From Pseudomonadota bacterium (GTDB taxonomy: Bacteria; Bdellovibrionota_B; Oligoflexia; Silvanigrellales; Silvanigrellaceae), in assembly GCA_039799905.1 (NCBI GenBank), contig JBDLRP010000039.1:64001-128000 (forward strand): a stretch of DNA of 64,000 nt, given 5' to 3'. Of the stretch, positions 27,487-37,066 are shown one piece after another. Both the position numbers and the translations under genes were made by a program. The first letter of the stretch is position 1, and every line of letters begins with the position of its first letter. Under the pieces are notes generated by a model. That model saw nothing but the letters and a program-made list of their open reading frames with translations. It was not told the DNA's origin and made no database searches.

Positions 27487-28781
27487 TTCGAAAGAAACTC
27501 CGCCGCCTCGGCAAGGCTCAGCTCCTTGAGCAGTTCCACCTTTGCCCCTGCCTGGAAAAAGTGGAGCGAAGCTTTGGAGAGTTCGTCGATACCAGTCACC
27601 AGTTGATTTGCAGCTTGCCCCAGCGGCAACAAAACCCGCGCCGACGAAAACGATGGGTCAACCGACAACTGGCGAAACACGCCAGCAAGCTCTCGCGCAG
27701 ATTTCACGTCGTAGAGCAGGTGCGGATTCGCGCCGGCATCGAGTGTCCAAAACATCGGCAGCTGTTTTTCGTTTCTGTGCCGAACAAACACTCCAATCGC
27801 ACGCGCCGTTTGTGCGTTCATATAATGCAGCGGAGTAGCGCCTGTGCCCATCACCGCGTGCATTTCAAAAGCGTCGGTTTCTGTGAGTTCTGCCATGCAA
27901 GAAAAATCTCCCTGCTGCAGCGCATGAAGCATACGAGCAAAACGGAACGGATATTGTGCAAGGCGGATCTCCTGCAACAAACTCGTCTGGGCAAGCTCAT
28001 GTCCTGCCGAGCTGTCGGTCTTCTTTTCGCCGGAGTCCAGCACAAGCACGCAGTGCCTGAGGTTTGCAAAACGCGGATTGGCTTCACACTCATGGGTCGT
28101 TGTGAGTGGTTCGGAGGCAGCTGTTGAATTTTCGCTGGTCCTCAGCTGCCATGCGACAAACTGATTTTCATTGGCTGCAGAATCCACCCGTGCAAGAGCC
28201 GATCGGGTTGCAGAACCGCTGCCCAGTCTTGCCCACTCCGTTTGCCAGAGCTGCAGTTCTTCGTCCGAGAAAAAACGCCGCAGGTTGAGTAGATCAGCAA
28301 TCGCACCAACCAACGCCGCATAGCCCGCAGCGCTGGAGGCAACTCCGCAAGCTGTCGGAAAGTTATTCTTGCTCGTCACCCGCAAAGAGATATCGTTGCC
28401 GAATGGCGAGAGCAGATGCCTGAGAAAATATTCCATTTTAGCCGGCAGAGGGCTTTCTTTCCCATTCAGCTGAATCAAAAAGCCGGGACGATTTTCAGCG
28501 CTCGGCAAAGAGTTTTCCTGCAGCGGAAAAAATCGCCCGCACACTTGCACTTCTGTGAAGGCTCGAAATGAACCGAGCGTCATGCTGATGCTCGAATTGA
28601 CTGGAATTTGCTTTCGCCCGGCCTGCTTCCCCCAATATTTTAAAAGTGCAATGTTGCTGGGAGCGGATGCATAGCCGCTATCACCACCTTGCAGCACGAG
28701 CCGACCTTCGCGACGTGCTTGTAGCAGACGCTCGGCGAGTGCACGCAGTCGCGGATTTTCATCAAAAAGAGTCGGGTTCAC
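27483..28781 (-). CDS. mvaD: Diphosphomevalonate decarboxylase
   Basis: SNIALLKYWGK, P.NSSIS.TL, NNFPTACG.ASSA.G, ARLGSGSA.RS and TLDAGANPH motifs. Confidence 0.92.
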   Translation of the reverse strand: MNPTLFDENPRLRALAERLLQARREGRLVLQGGDSGYASAPSNIALLKYWGKQAGRKQIPVNSSISMTLGSFRAFTEVQVCGRFFPLQENSLPSAENRPGFLIQLNGKESPLPAKMEYFLRHLLSPFGNDISLRVTSKNNFPTACGVASSAAGYAALVGAIADLLNLRRFFSDEELQLWQTEWARLGSGSATRSALARVDSAANENQFVAWQLRTSENSTAASEPLTTTHECEANPRFANLRHCVLVLDSGEKKTDSSAGHELAQTSLLQEIRLAQYPFRFARMLHALQQGDFSCMAELTETDAFEMHAVMGTGATPLHYMNAQTARAIGVFVRHRNEKQLPMFWTLDAGANPHLLYDVKSARELAGVFRQLSVDPSFSSARVLLPLGQAANQLVTGIDELSKASLHFFQAGAKVELLKELSLAEAAEFLSK

Positions 28782-28784
28782 TGT

Positions 28785-29825
28785 TCAGGCTCCTTCCGCA
28801 AAAGCAAAACACACCGCCGGTGATTTTACGCCGGTCAAACGGATAATTTCGTCGATCCGAGCACGCGGTGCCATCACCCAAAGGCAATCACCGTGTCCGG
28901 CCCCCATGGTTTTCCATGCAATCTGTTGGGCATCGCAGGCATCGGTAAAAGCCCTGAGGTCGTTCGTCTCGGGAAGCAGGCCGTGGCGGCGTGCCCAGAG
29001 CGACGACTCGCGGCACAGTTGTGCAGCATGAGCAGACGATGGCTTGTCGATAAATTTCTGCGCCCACTCCGCTTGTTTTTCGTAGAACTCGTTGGGTTTA
29101 GCAGGCTGTTGATTCAAAACGGCGCGGGTGTCAGAACGAACCCCCGTTTGCACGAAACATCCCAACTGAGCCATCTCTTCGCGAGCCATGTCGATTGGAC
29201 GCAGCACAGGCTGCAAACTGCGACGGCTCAGGTCGGTGTTTGAAAAACCCAGCAGAGCATCGACGTGAGAATGTGCACCCGCGGCCGACCAACTCTGCGC
29301 AGCAATATCGTATCCGCTGCCCTTGCCCTGCAGAAGGATGAGTGCCCGATATATTCTGTGCCAATAATCGGGCGTAAGAGCGGTGCCGCCGCTCAATTGA
29401 GATAAAGCAATTTGAAAAGCGCTCAGCAATGCCGAAGAGCTTCCGAAGCCAAACGCAGGAGAAAAAGACTGCACGACCCTGACGGATAATTGTTTGTCAT
29501 TCAAAAATTCGCCGAAACCGCTGAGGTAACAGGCGAGATTTCTCGCCTCAGATTCCCCCTGCGAAGATGCCGAACGCTCTATCTCAGACACGGCAAGGCG
29601 CACTGGCTGCGCAAAAAAATCACTCTGAAGTTCACAGAAGGCATCGTCAGGCTGCGCACAACGGGTGAGCGAGAATTCCAGTGTCATGCAGAATTTCGAA
29701 AAAACAAAAACCGCCGCCGGCCCACCGCGCAGCACTCCGTATTCGCCAAACAGCATGGCCTTGGCCGGCACACTGACGATGAACTTCTGCGCTCGGTTTT
29801 GCTCAGTCTGATTTGGATGATGCAT
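28785..29825 (-). CDS. GHMP kinase, probable phosphomevalonate kinase
   Basis: PAK.MLFGEY, GFGSSSA, QG.GSGYDIA and K..GAG.GDC motifs; operon context. Confidence 0.75.
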   Translation of the reverse strand: MHHPNQTEQNRAQKFIVSVPAKAMLFGEYGVLRGGPAAVFVFSKFCMTLEFSLTRCAQPDDAFCELQSDFFAQPVRLAVSEIERSASSQGESEARNLACYLSGFGEFLNDKQLSVRVVQSFSPAFGFGSSSALLSAFQIALSQLSGGTALTPDYWHRIYRALILLQGKGSGYDIAAQSWSAAGAHSHVDALLGFSNTDLSRRSLQPVLRPIDMAREEMAQLGCFVQTGVRSDTRAVLNQQPAKPNEFYEKQAEWAQKFIDKPSSAHAAQLCRESSLWARRHGLLPETNDLRAFTDACDAQQIAWKTMGAGHGDCLWVMAPRARIDEIIRLTGVKSPAVCFAFAEGA

Positions 29826-31140
29826 GTCCGCGCGCCACAGCAGCGAGTGATGGCAAATGATCATAGCGACGCATCATCTCGATATTCTTCTCGTGCAACG
29901 CCATGTGACCGCGCTGTATTCCTTCGCAAGCGAGCGCGCGCAGTGCCGACAGGTTTTGCGCCAATCCGACACTGGCAATAATTCCTGACAAGTCGCCTGC
30001 CGACGGGTGGCCGAGCAATGCCAACGAAGACTGAACCGCCGGATGAAGGCGGGTCACACCGCCGACAGTTCCCACAGCAACCGGAAGAGTGATTTCACCC
30101 TGCAAATGACCTTCCGCAGAGACAGACCAACGAGTGAGAGGCTTGTAGACTCCGGTGATCGCCGCAAAAGCATGTGCTCCTGCCTCGACAGCCCGCCAGT
30201 CGTTGCCGGTCGCTATCACAACCGGATCAATTCCATTCATCACTCCCTTGTTGTGCGTCGCAGCGCGATAGGGATCTAAATCTGCAAATTCCCACGCCGA
30301 GACGATTCTCGCGACAGCTTCGTCACCGCTGAATCCGCACAGCTCCAACGCCGAGCGATCGACTTCGCAGCGAACGCGGGTCAGTCGATGGACTGTCAGG
30401 TTGGTGAGAATCTTGAGGCCCACCACGCAGCGCAGCGAAGTTGGCAACCAACGGCCGATGTCCTCGGCGATCGTGTTGACGATGTTGGCCCCCATCGCCT
30501 CACGCGTGTCGACGTGAATGTGAATCACAAACATTCCGGCGCGCGGAAGAACACGCAACTCAACACCGGTTGCTCCGCCACCGCGGGCAAGCAGACGTGG
30601 ATGACAGGCATTGGCACGTTCAATCAATTCAGGGCGCACGCGTTCAAACCACACAGGAACCTGCGCGGCATCCTGCGCATCTACTGTCAGCTGCACCTGA
30701 CTTGTCGCAATTGTTTTAGTTGGCGTCGTGAAAAATCCGCCGCGTGTGCGCGCCAGCTTGGCACCGTGACTGGCAGCTGCGACAACGCTTGACTCCTCGA
30801 CCGCCATGGGAATGAGAGTTTCGCACCCGTCAATGAGAAAGTTGCTTGCAATTCCGAGTGGCAGCGAAAAACAACCAACGCTGTTTTCGATGAAATTGTC
30901 TGCCAGCTCATTTGTCATTTGTGCCTGCGATGCAAACACAGCAGCCATTTGTTCGGTGAGAAAACCACGCTCAACAAGGGCATCCAGACGTTGCGCCGCC
31001 GTCATGCGGGCGAATCCAGGGATACGGCTGGAGCGTTTGTCGTTCCTTTGCACGGCGACATCATCGCCCGTGCCGCAGGAAGCTCCTTCAACACTCGGCT
31101 TTTTCTTAGACAAAACGACATTGACGTCAGTCGTGGTCAT
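29803..31140 (-). CDS. mvaA: HMG-CoA reductase, class II
   Basis: IEN.VG, PMAVEESSVVAA, EAMGAN, RAATHNKG.MNGID, GNDWRA.EAG, GLAQN and GIQRGHM.LH motifs. Confidence 0.93.
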   Translation of the reverse strand: MTTTDVNVVLSKKKPSVEGASCGTGDDVAVQRNDKRSSRIPGFARMTAAQRLDALVERGFLTEQMAAVFASQAQMTNELADNFIENSVGCFSLPLGIASNFLIDGCETLIPMAVEESSVVAAASHGAKLARTRGGFFTTPTKTIATSQVQLTVDAQDAAQVPVWFERVRPELIERANACHPRLLARGGGATGVELRVLPRAGMFVIHIHVDTREAMGANIVNTIAEDIGRWLPTSLRCVVGLKILTNLTVHRLTRVRCEVDRSALELCGFSGDEAVARIVSAWEFADLDPYRAATHNKGVMNGIDPVVIATGNDWRAVEAGAHAFAAITGVYKPLTRWSVSAEGHLQGEITLPVAVGTVGGVTRLHPAVQSSLALLGHPSAGDLSGIIASVGLAQNLSALRALACEGIQRGHMALHEKNIEMMRRYDHLPSLAAVARGHASSKSD

Positions 31141-31142
31141 TT

Positions 31143-32231
31143 TCAGGTCCTCTTTCTCAATCGAGTGGACAATTCGTCGATGCGTCGCGCTCCACTGCAG
31201 AACATTGCTATCTCGAGCGAACGAGCGAAAAACTCAATTTCCTCGTGCAGGGCTTGTTCGGCACTCTGGCCTTGCGACGGATTCACAACAGCACGGAAGA
31301 ACGGCAGGCCGACGCCGCACATATGAGCTCCCATGGCCAACATCAGCGCAACCTGAGCGCCGTCGCGGATACCGCCGGTTGCAATCAGCTGCCTTTCGGG
31401 AACAATGCCGAACGACTTGGGAACCGGAGCGCATTCGGCGACCGACTCCGCCGTGGACATTCCCCAATGTCGGAAAAGTTCGCCCAAGCGTGAGGTCAGT
31501 CTGTCGCCACGCTGTCCTTCAATCGCACTCCAGCTGGTGCCACCATGGCCGCCGACATCGACAGCCGCAGCGCCGGCTTCAAACATCCGACGGCAGGTTT
31601 CAGCCGTCATTCCGGAGCCCACCTCTTTGATGATGACAGGCACCGGCAGCTTTTTGCACAATGACTCAATATGACCGAGCAGCGCGGAAAAATCGCGCTC
31701 ACCTTCAGGTTGAATCTGCTCCTGCAGGGCATTGAGGTGCACGGCACAAGCGTTGAGTTCCAGCTCATGCGTCATCCTGAAAACATCGTCGACTGTGACA
31801 CCGTAATTGAAACTCACTGCTCCAACGTTGCCGATGAGGAATGCCCTCGGGGCAACCTTACGGACGTCGAACAGCTTGCGGCTTGCGGGATCTTTGATCA
31901 TCAATTTCTGTGAGCCGAGTCCCATCGGGATATTCCAGCGCTCGGCTGCAAGAGCAAGGGTCTCATTTATTTGCTGACCATCTCGCACCCCGCCGGTCAT
32001 GCCTGTGATGAGAACCGGCAGCGAAAATTTGTGGCCCAGAAAGCGCCGCGATGTATCGACTTCATGTGGGGAAAACTCGGGCAGCGCCTCGGGAGCGAGA
32101 AAATACGGACAAGCGCGTTGCGCGACGGACTCGACGTTTCCGTGGGCGCAAATGTCAATGTGGTTTTGTTTTCGGACGGCGGCTCTCGCAGGGGTATCTT
32201 CGAGCGCGGCCGTTCGTAAGCTTTTTTCCAC
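31143..32231 (-). CDS. fni: Type 2 (FMN-dependent) isopentenyl-diphosphate isomerase
   Basis: RK..HI, GMTGG, GSQ, HLN.LQE..QPEG, KEVG.G, GGTSW and TGGIR motifs; GTG start after GGAG. Confidence 0.93.
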   Translation of the reverse strand: MEKSLRTAALEDTPARAAVRKQNHIDICAHGNVESVAQRACPYFLAPEALPEFSPHEVDTSRRFLGHKFSLPVLITGMTGGVRDGQQINETLALAAERWNIPMGLGSQKLMIKDPASRKLFDVRKVAPRAFLIGNVGAVSFNYGVTVDDVFRMTHELELNACAVHLNALQEQIQPEGERDFSALLGHIESLCKKLPVPVIIKEVGSGMTAETCRRMFEAGAAAVDVGGHGGTSWSAIEGQRGDRLTSRLGELFRHWGMSTAESVAECAPVPKSFGIVPERQLIATGGIRDGAQVALMLAMGAHMCGVGLPFFRAVVNPSQGQSAEQALHEEIEFFARSLEIAMFCSGARRIDELSTRLRKRT

Positions 32232-32421
32232 AGCAAAACTCCATTCCGGTGCTGTTGTGAGTATTGATAAAGAGCTGCAACGTCAACCAATTCTTGTTTT
32301 TTTAACCAGCTCTCCCCACCCTCGGCGCCTGAGTCAAAACACCGGCTCAGCCATGAACAGCATTCATTTACGAATCCGGCTAGAATCTAAGCAGTAAATG
32401 CCTGAAAAAAGGGGTATCCGC

Positions 32422-33945
32422 ATGAAGAAGTGCAATCTTTCGACCACATTACTTGGACTTGCAACAATATTTGCAGCCGGTCAGACAGGATGCGGCAACC
32501 CACCGGCTAAACCGACGCTCAGTCAGGAACAAGTGTACGGACCGCGCATAGGGAGCGTACTCCGGCTTGCGGGTGAATCCGGCATCAAGGAACGGCATCT
32601 GATGGCAACTGGATTTGCCGGCGGATATTTTGGCCTTGCCGAAGGACAGAAAACCCAAGATTGGCTGGCAGACTCCGGACGCACCGGCTCACTTGCACTC
32701 GATCTTCGCCTTGCCCCGCAACTCGCTGAAGTCGGGTTCCGCGAGCAAATGGACACACTTGTGAAGAAAATCCGTGAAAAAGCAGAACGGAGTCAACCCA
32801 ACAACGATTTCGACTGGCTCGCCCTGATTGCAGATTCGATTGTCGGCGAGTTCGAATCGGACCCGAATTTGCGCGCTCTGCAACTGCGGCTGGTGTTGTC
32901 GGACCTCATCGAGGCACACAACAACGGCTTCCATGCTGTTCTCAACGACAACGAATACTACACGCTTCCCGCAGCCGACGATTCCGAGAAGATAGATCTC
33001 CGACAGCTGGATCCAGGCCAACTGCGGTTATTGAATGGGTTTCGCTTTCAAGGAGATGGCTTTACCGATCTCAACGTCGAGGGAAACAATAAAGTTAGAA
33101 CGGGCAACTTACGAGCTTCCGAAAAACTTCCGCGCTTGATGATCCGACTCTGTCCTTCAAGCACGCTTCGCTGTTTCGAAACTATGCGCAAATCGGCAAC
33201 TCTCGGAGCGCACGTGCTGTCTTATCGAGCTCTGGGTGGTACGCATGAAACAGTTCAATTCCACGATCCGAAGCATGAACTGCTCTGGCACGATGAAGCA
33301 CAAAAGGACACCGTCACACTGGTCGTCGCCGGCATGACGGGTGCGACCCGCGAAACAATGCGACCCGATATATTTGACTGGGAAGATTATGTGGCTCTGA
33401 GATCTTTCATCCGCCGCGCAGCAGGCCGTCTGACCCAAGATGTTGCGACCGACAGCCCGAACACACTGCAACGGGAATTTTTGAAAAATAACGTGATTGA
33501 AACTCTCGGGCTTATCGACGAGAACTCCAGCAAGTCGGTTTTTCCGCTGGGTGCGACTTGGGATTCACAACTCTTTCGCGAACTGCTCAACAGTGATTCG
33601 CTTCCCAAGCAGCTGAGCCAAATCCGTATCGAAGCTCCGAGCGCAGGACAAAACATTTCCGGCAATGTCATCGAAGGGGTGGTTTATCCGGACGCCGAAA
33701 GCGGACAAATCCAAATTTATCAGGACAGCGACCAAGCCAAATCGGACGGCACGGGCTGGGAACTCGTACTGAAACGGGATTTGGACCCTAGCCAACGGCG
33801 ATTTGATTTCACCCACGAGATTCGTCGCACCGGACTGAGCGGAAATCAGTTCCGTGCTCTTAAAATCGTAAACCGTCGAAATGACGGAGCTATCCTTGGC
33901 TCACGCATCGTGCGTGTCAGACTCGACGGCATCGCGAAGCCCTGA
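32422..33945 (+). CDS. Hypothetical exported protein, probable lipoprotein with C-terminal Ig-like domain
   Basis: Signal peptide ending QTGC; C-terminal IRIEAPSAGQNISG..IEGVV resembles the start of a bacterial Ig-like domain. Confidence 0.6.
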   Translation: MKKCNLSTTLLGLATIFAAGQTGCGNPPAKPTLSQEQVYGPRIGSVLRLAGESGIKERHLMATGFAGGYFGLAEGQKTQDWLADSGRTGSLALDLRLAPQLAEVGFREQMDTLVKKIREKAERSQPNNDFDWLALIADSIVGEFESDPNLRALQLRLVLSDLIEAHNNGFHAVLNDNEYYTLPAADDSEKIDLRQLDPGQLRLLNGFRFQGDGFTDLNVEGNNKVRTGNLRASEKLPRLMIRLCPSSTLRCFETMRKSATLGAHVLSYRALGGTHETVQFHDPKHELLWHDEAQKDTVTLVVAGMTGATRETMRPDIFDWEDYVALRSFIRRAAGRLTQDVATDSPNTLQREFLKNNVIETLGLIDENSSKSVFPLGATWDSQLFRELLNSDSLPKQLSQIRIEAPSAGQNISGNVIEGVVYPDAESGQIQIYQDSDQAKSDGTGWELVLKRDLDPSQRRFDFTHEIRRTGLSGNQFRALKIVNRRNDGAILGSRIVRVRLDGIAKP

Positions 33946-33946
33946 T

Positions 33947-33972
33947 TCAAGGGATTTCAGCGAATTCCGATA
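33947..33972 (+). promoter_or_regulatory. Sigma-28-like promoter candidate for the 34104/34721 gene pair
   Basis: TCAAG-N15-CCGATA. Confidence 0.6.
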
Positions 33973-34103
33973 CCTCCTCTGAGGGATTTTTGACTCACTG
34001 CTAGTTTTTAGACTGGCCACTCAGTCAAGATGACCGATAGTGAACGTAAGCCTTCGGGTTGGCGAGCCGACCTGCGGGTCCGAGCACAGGGGAGGACACC
34101 TCT

Positions 34104-34724
34104 TTGGGCAATACGCCGTCAGCACAAACAGCTCTATGGACGACGGACCTCAGTCCGCAGGCATTCTTCCACGAAAAAGTTAAGGAAGCGCAGTCGCGGC
34201 AGGGCATCATGCTCAGCGAGAATGTCGAATTCTATATCGTCAACCTGTTGTGCGATTACGTTCGAGTTGACGAGGCTCGGATCAGCGACGACTGTCTTGC
34301 GCTCATTCTCAAAAAAGCTCTTGAGAGTCCGACCGGCGAACAGATTTTCCTCTACAAGAGACTCGCCGATACAGCACTTTATTTCTCCGGATTTTTTCAA
34401 GAATACTTCAACAGAAAGTGTTTTGACATCAGCTACTACGTCATGATGGGCGAAGGAGCCTACGGACAGCTTTCGCAGCTGATGCGCAAGAAAACCGGTT
34501 CCGAGTCGGCGCTGGGCGAGATCTACGGAGAGATGGCTTCGTCGTTCGGAACGGCGGTCGACATTCTCACGGATGTTTCGGAAAGCACCACTGGCTTCGA
34601 AAGCCAGCGCTCGACTTTGTCCTTATATGATGCATGGCTTTCCACGACCAGCCGCAAACTTGCAGGTGACCTGCGCAAGCGGGGAATCAATCCGGTGCGT
34701 GTTTCCAAAAAGGCGGTGCAATGA
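34104..34724 (+). CDS. Conserved-looking hypothetical helical protein (first of a coupled pair)
   Basis: TTG start after GGGGAGG; motifs E.YIVNLL, LAD.ALY.SGFF, YYV.MG..AY; ATGA overlap with the next gene. Confidence 0.75.
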   Translation: MGNTPSAQTALWTTDLSPQAFFHEKVKEAQSRQGIMLSENVEFYIVNLLCDYVRVDEARISDDCLALILKKALESPTGEQIFLYKRLADTALYFSGFFQEYFNRKCFDISYYVMMGEGAYGQLSQLMRKKTGSESALGEIYGEMASSFGTAVDILTDVSESTTGFESQRSTLSLYDAWLSTTSRKLAGDLRKRGINPVRVSKKAVQ

Positions 34725-35353
34725 ATGAACACCGCTTCGAGTTGCTGATTACATCCGTCTGGTCTTTCTTGAACAACTACTACTGCCGGCAGGCACATCT
34801 CGACCCGCTCGACTTCGTTGTGGTTTCACAAAGCCGCGAAGCGCGCCTTCTCGTGGACGATTCGTCCGACGGAGATGCAGCCTTTGTTGCTATTGAATTT
34901 CCCGACGAACTGCGAAAATCAATTCTCGCAACCGAGAATATTCGGGCACATGACTTTTCCGTCGTGAGTGAGGAAGTGAGTCACTTTTTCCACTTCCTTC
35001 TCTGCGCCGAAAAAAATTCAAATATTTCAATACTAGAAATGGAAACACGTGCAGAAATTGATCGTTTCATCTGCTTTCTGCACTGGAATGATTTCTATCC
35101 ACAACTGGCCATGAAGGACAGGCCGGAGAACTGCCTTCAGCTGTGTGATCTGCTTTTCGAAAACAGGCATTTCACCAGCGTCAACGAACAGCTTTACCGT
35201 GATGCCGAGTCTCATGCATTTCATCTTTTGCGTCGTGCGTTTTCCCATTGTTGGAACAGGCGGTGGCTCGACACCACTCGTTTCGATTCTCTGGCACGAG
35301 GCTACCTGCTTGAGCGAATGAACGCTCGGAGCGAATTCGACAAAACAGGCTGA
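34721..35353 (+). CDS. Hypothetical protein with EExxH / ExxAE zincin-like motifs
   Basis: SEEVSHF followed by LEMETRAEIDRF; translationally coupled to the upstream gene. Confidence 0.7.
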   Translation: MNEHRFELLITSVWSFLNNYYCRQAHLDPLDFVVVSQSREARLLVDDSSDGDAAFVAIEFPDELRKSILATENIRAHDFSVVSEEVSHFFHFLLCAEKNSNISILEMETRAEIDRFICFLHWNDFYPQLAMKDRPENCLQLCDLLFENRHFTSVNEQLYRDAESHAFHLLRRAFSHCWNRRWLDTTRFDSLARGYLLERMNARSEFDKTG

Positions 35354-35405
35354 ACCGAAAGCATGATGCAACCGGTTCCCGAGACATGTTTGAGTTGCAA
35401 GCCGC

Positions 35406-35648
35406 CTAACAAACGTACTTGCGTGCTTCCTGTGTGCTCGCGGGTTCAAAGAACGGATCATCGATAGCACGAGTCTGATGAACCCATTTGAACCACTGTA
35501 TGCTTTGCTCGACGAGCCAATAATGACTCACAATACAACTTGCAGGAATATTCTCGTGACAAAACGACAATGCTTCCTGCTCGCTCGCTGTCGGGTTGTG
35601 CTGAACCCAACTGCGAAAGGCCTCCTTGAAGTGATTCTTATCGAACAT
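35406..35648 (-). CDS. Small hypothetical protein
   Basis: ATG 35648 after GGAGAG; 80 aa; no motif recognised. Confidence 0.6.
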   Translation of the reverse strand: MFDKNHFKEAFRSWVQHNPTASEQEALSFCHENIPASCIVSHYWLVEQSIQWFKWVHQTRAIDDPFFEPASTQEARKYVC

Positions 35649-35780
35649 TTTGTCTCTCCTCTTCCACATGCATCTGGCAGTTCGGAATTTTTTGCCCAAT
35701 ATTTAGAACTATTTGCCCAGTGGAAAATTCGCCGTTAACCTAAGCCAGCCAACCGCCTATCTTTTTCGCAGGGAGTTTTT

Positions 35781-36509
35781 ATGAGCGAAAATCCAACCCT
35801 CTCGGACTGCATGAACGTCTCTCTTTTTCAGCTAGATGAAGAGGTTGCAAAGTGCCTGAGGGTTCATGTTTTGCAATTTCTGAAAAGCCGCACCTACCCT
35901 TGGGAACTTCTCGGCCAGCCGCTGGCAGACTTCGTACAACAGTCCATCTCAAACATTCCGGCGGATAAAAGACTGAGCGGAACAATCAGTCCACATGCAT
36001 TTCTTGAAAATAAGGATTCCATCGTCGTTGAGGCGGGTGCCATCATCGAGGCTGGTGCATTTGTCAGCGGTCCGACGTACATCGAATCGGGCGCAACCGT
36101 ACGGCACGGAGCCTATATCCGCGGTCAGGTATATGTCTGTTCTGGTGCCGTGGTAGGCCACACAAGTGAACTCAAAGGCGCACTTTTACTCAATCAGGCA
36201 AAGGCCGCGCACTTCGCGTACGTGGGCGACAGCGTCCTTGGAATCGACTGCAACCTCGGAGCAGGCACAAAATGCGCAAATCTGCGCCTCGACCACGGCC
36301 AAGTGCCGGTCCGCGTCGATGGTACAAGTGTTTCTAGCGGGCTAAAAAAATTCGGCGCGGTTTTTGCCAACCGCGCCCAGACGGGATGCAATGCAGTGCT
36401 CAACCCAGGTTCTATCCTGTTGCCCAATGCCATTGTCATGCCCAACAGCACTGGTCAGGGCGTCATTGCAGCAAGAAAGGCATTCAAGCCGCGTAAGAGT
36501 CCTGCATAA
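35781..36509 (+). CDS. Stand-alone hexapeptide-repeat acetyltransferase (GlmU C-terminal-like)
   Basis: LbH repeats; RHGAYIRG, VGH..ELK, HFAYVGDS.LG..CNLGAGT..ANLR and GCNAVLNPG motifs. Confidence 0.85.
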   Translation: MSENPTLSDCMNVSLFQLDEEVAKCLRVHVLQFLKSRTYPWELLGQPLADFVQQSISNIPADKRLSGTISPHAFLENKDSIVVEAGAIIEAGAFVSGPTYIESGATVRHGAYIRGQVYVCSGAVVGHTSELKGALLLNQAKAAHFAYVGDSVLGIDCNLGAGTKCANLRLDHGQVPVRVDGTSVSSGLKKFGAVFANRAQTGCNAVLNPGSILLPNAIVMPNSTGQGVIAARKAFKPRKSPA

Positions 36510-36966
36510 CCGCCAGATGGACTCTTTCGAGCCGCAGCGAGCAACGCTCCTCCACATGGCTGTCACGGACCGAATTTGAATCCATGGAAATGTCGATACG
36601 CTCGCTCGAGACAAGGTCGAAGTGAAAGCGCACAACCGTTCCGTTGGGTCTGACACCCTCAAAACTAAAAACTCTTCCAGCCGGGTGGTTCGAGAGCATT
36701 GGCTCATTCACGGCATGCATCGCATGCAGCTGCTCCCGACCATCAAAGTACTGAATCTCCAAATGCTCGCCAGCATCTTGCGAAAGTACGAAATATACAT
36801 CCATCAGCGAGCCGTCGGAATCCACGGAGGCAACCTCCAGCCGCAATCCGTAGCAAACCCCTGGAATCACTTCCCTGCCGGAAAATGTGCAGTGAATTTC
36901 AGTGCCGTCCTTCATTTGTCCGATTCCCCTGAAATCTCCCAAAGCAGGAGCAAAAGCTCGAATCAT
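36484..36966 (-). CDS. Hypothetical beta-rich protein
   Basis: ATG 36966 after AGGAGG; no motif recognised. Confidence 0.6.
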   Translation of the reverse strand: MIRAFAPALGDFRGIGQMKDGTEIHCTFSGREVIPGVCYGLRLEVASVDSDGSLMDVYFVLSQDAGEHLEIQYFDGREQLHAMHAVNEPMLSNHPAGRVFSFEGVRPNGTVVRFHFDLVSSERIDISMDSNSVRDSHVEERCSLRLERVHLAVMQDSYAA

Positions 36967-37014
36967 AAAGCCTCCTGAAGCAAACCCAGAGTGTTCCAAA
37001 CCCTCTTTTGCATC

Positions 37015-37040
37015 CTTCGGCGCCCCTGACGAGGACTTAA
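37015..37040 (-). promoter_or_regulatory. Sigma-28-like promoter candidate
   Basis: Minus strand TTAAG-N15-CCGAAG. Confidence 0.55.
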
Positions 37041-37066
37041 GTTTATTTTGATCAAAAACAATTTAA

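Noticed and set aside
30806..31630. 274-aa plus-strand ORF
   Set aside because: Antisense to mvaA and fni; Arg/Ser-rich shadow composition.
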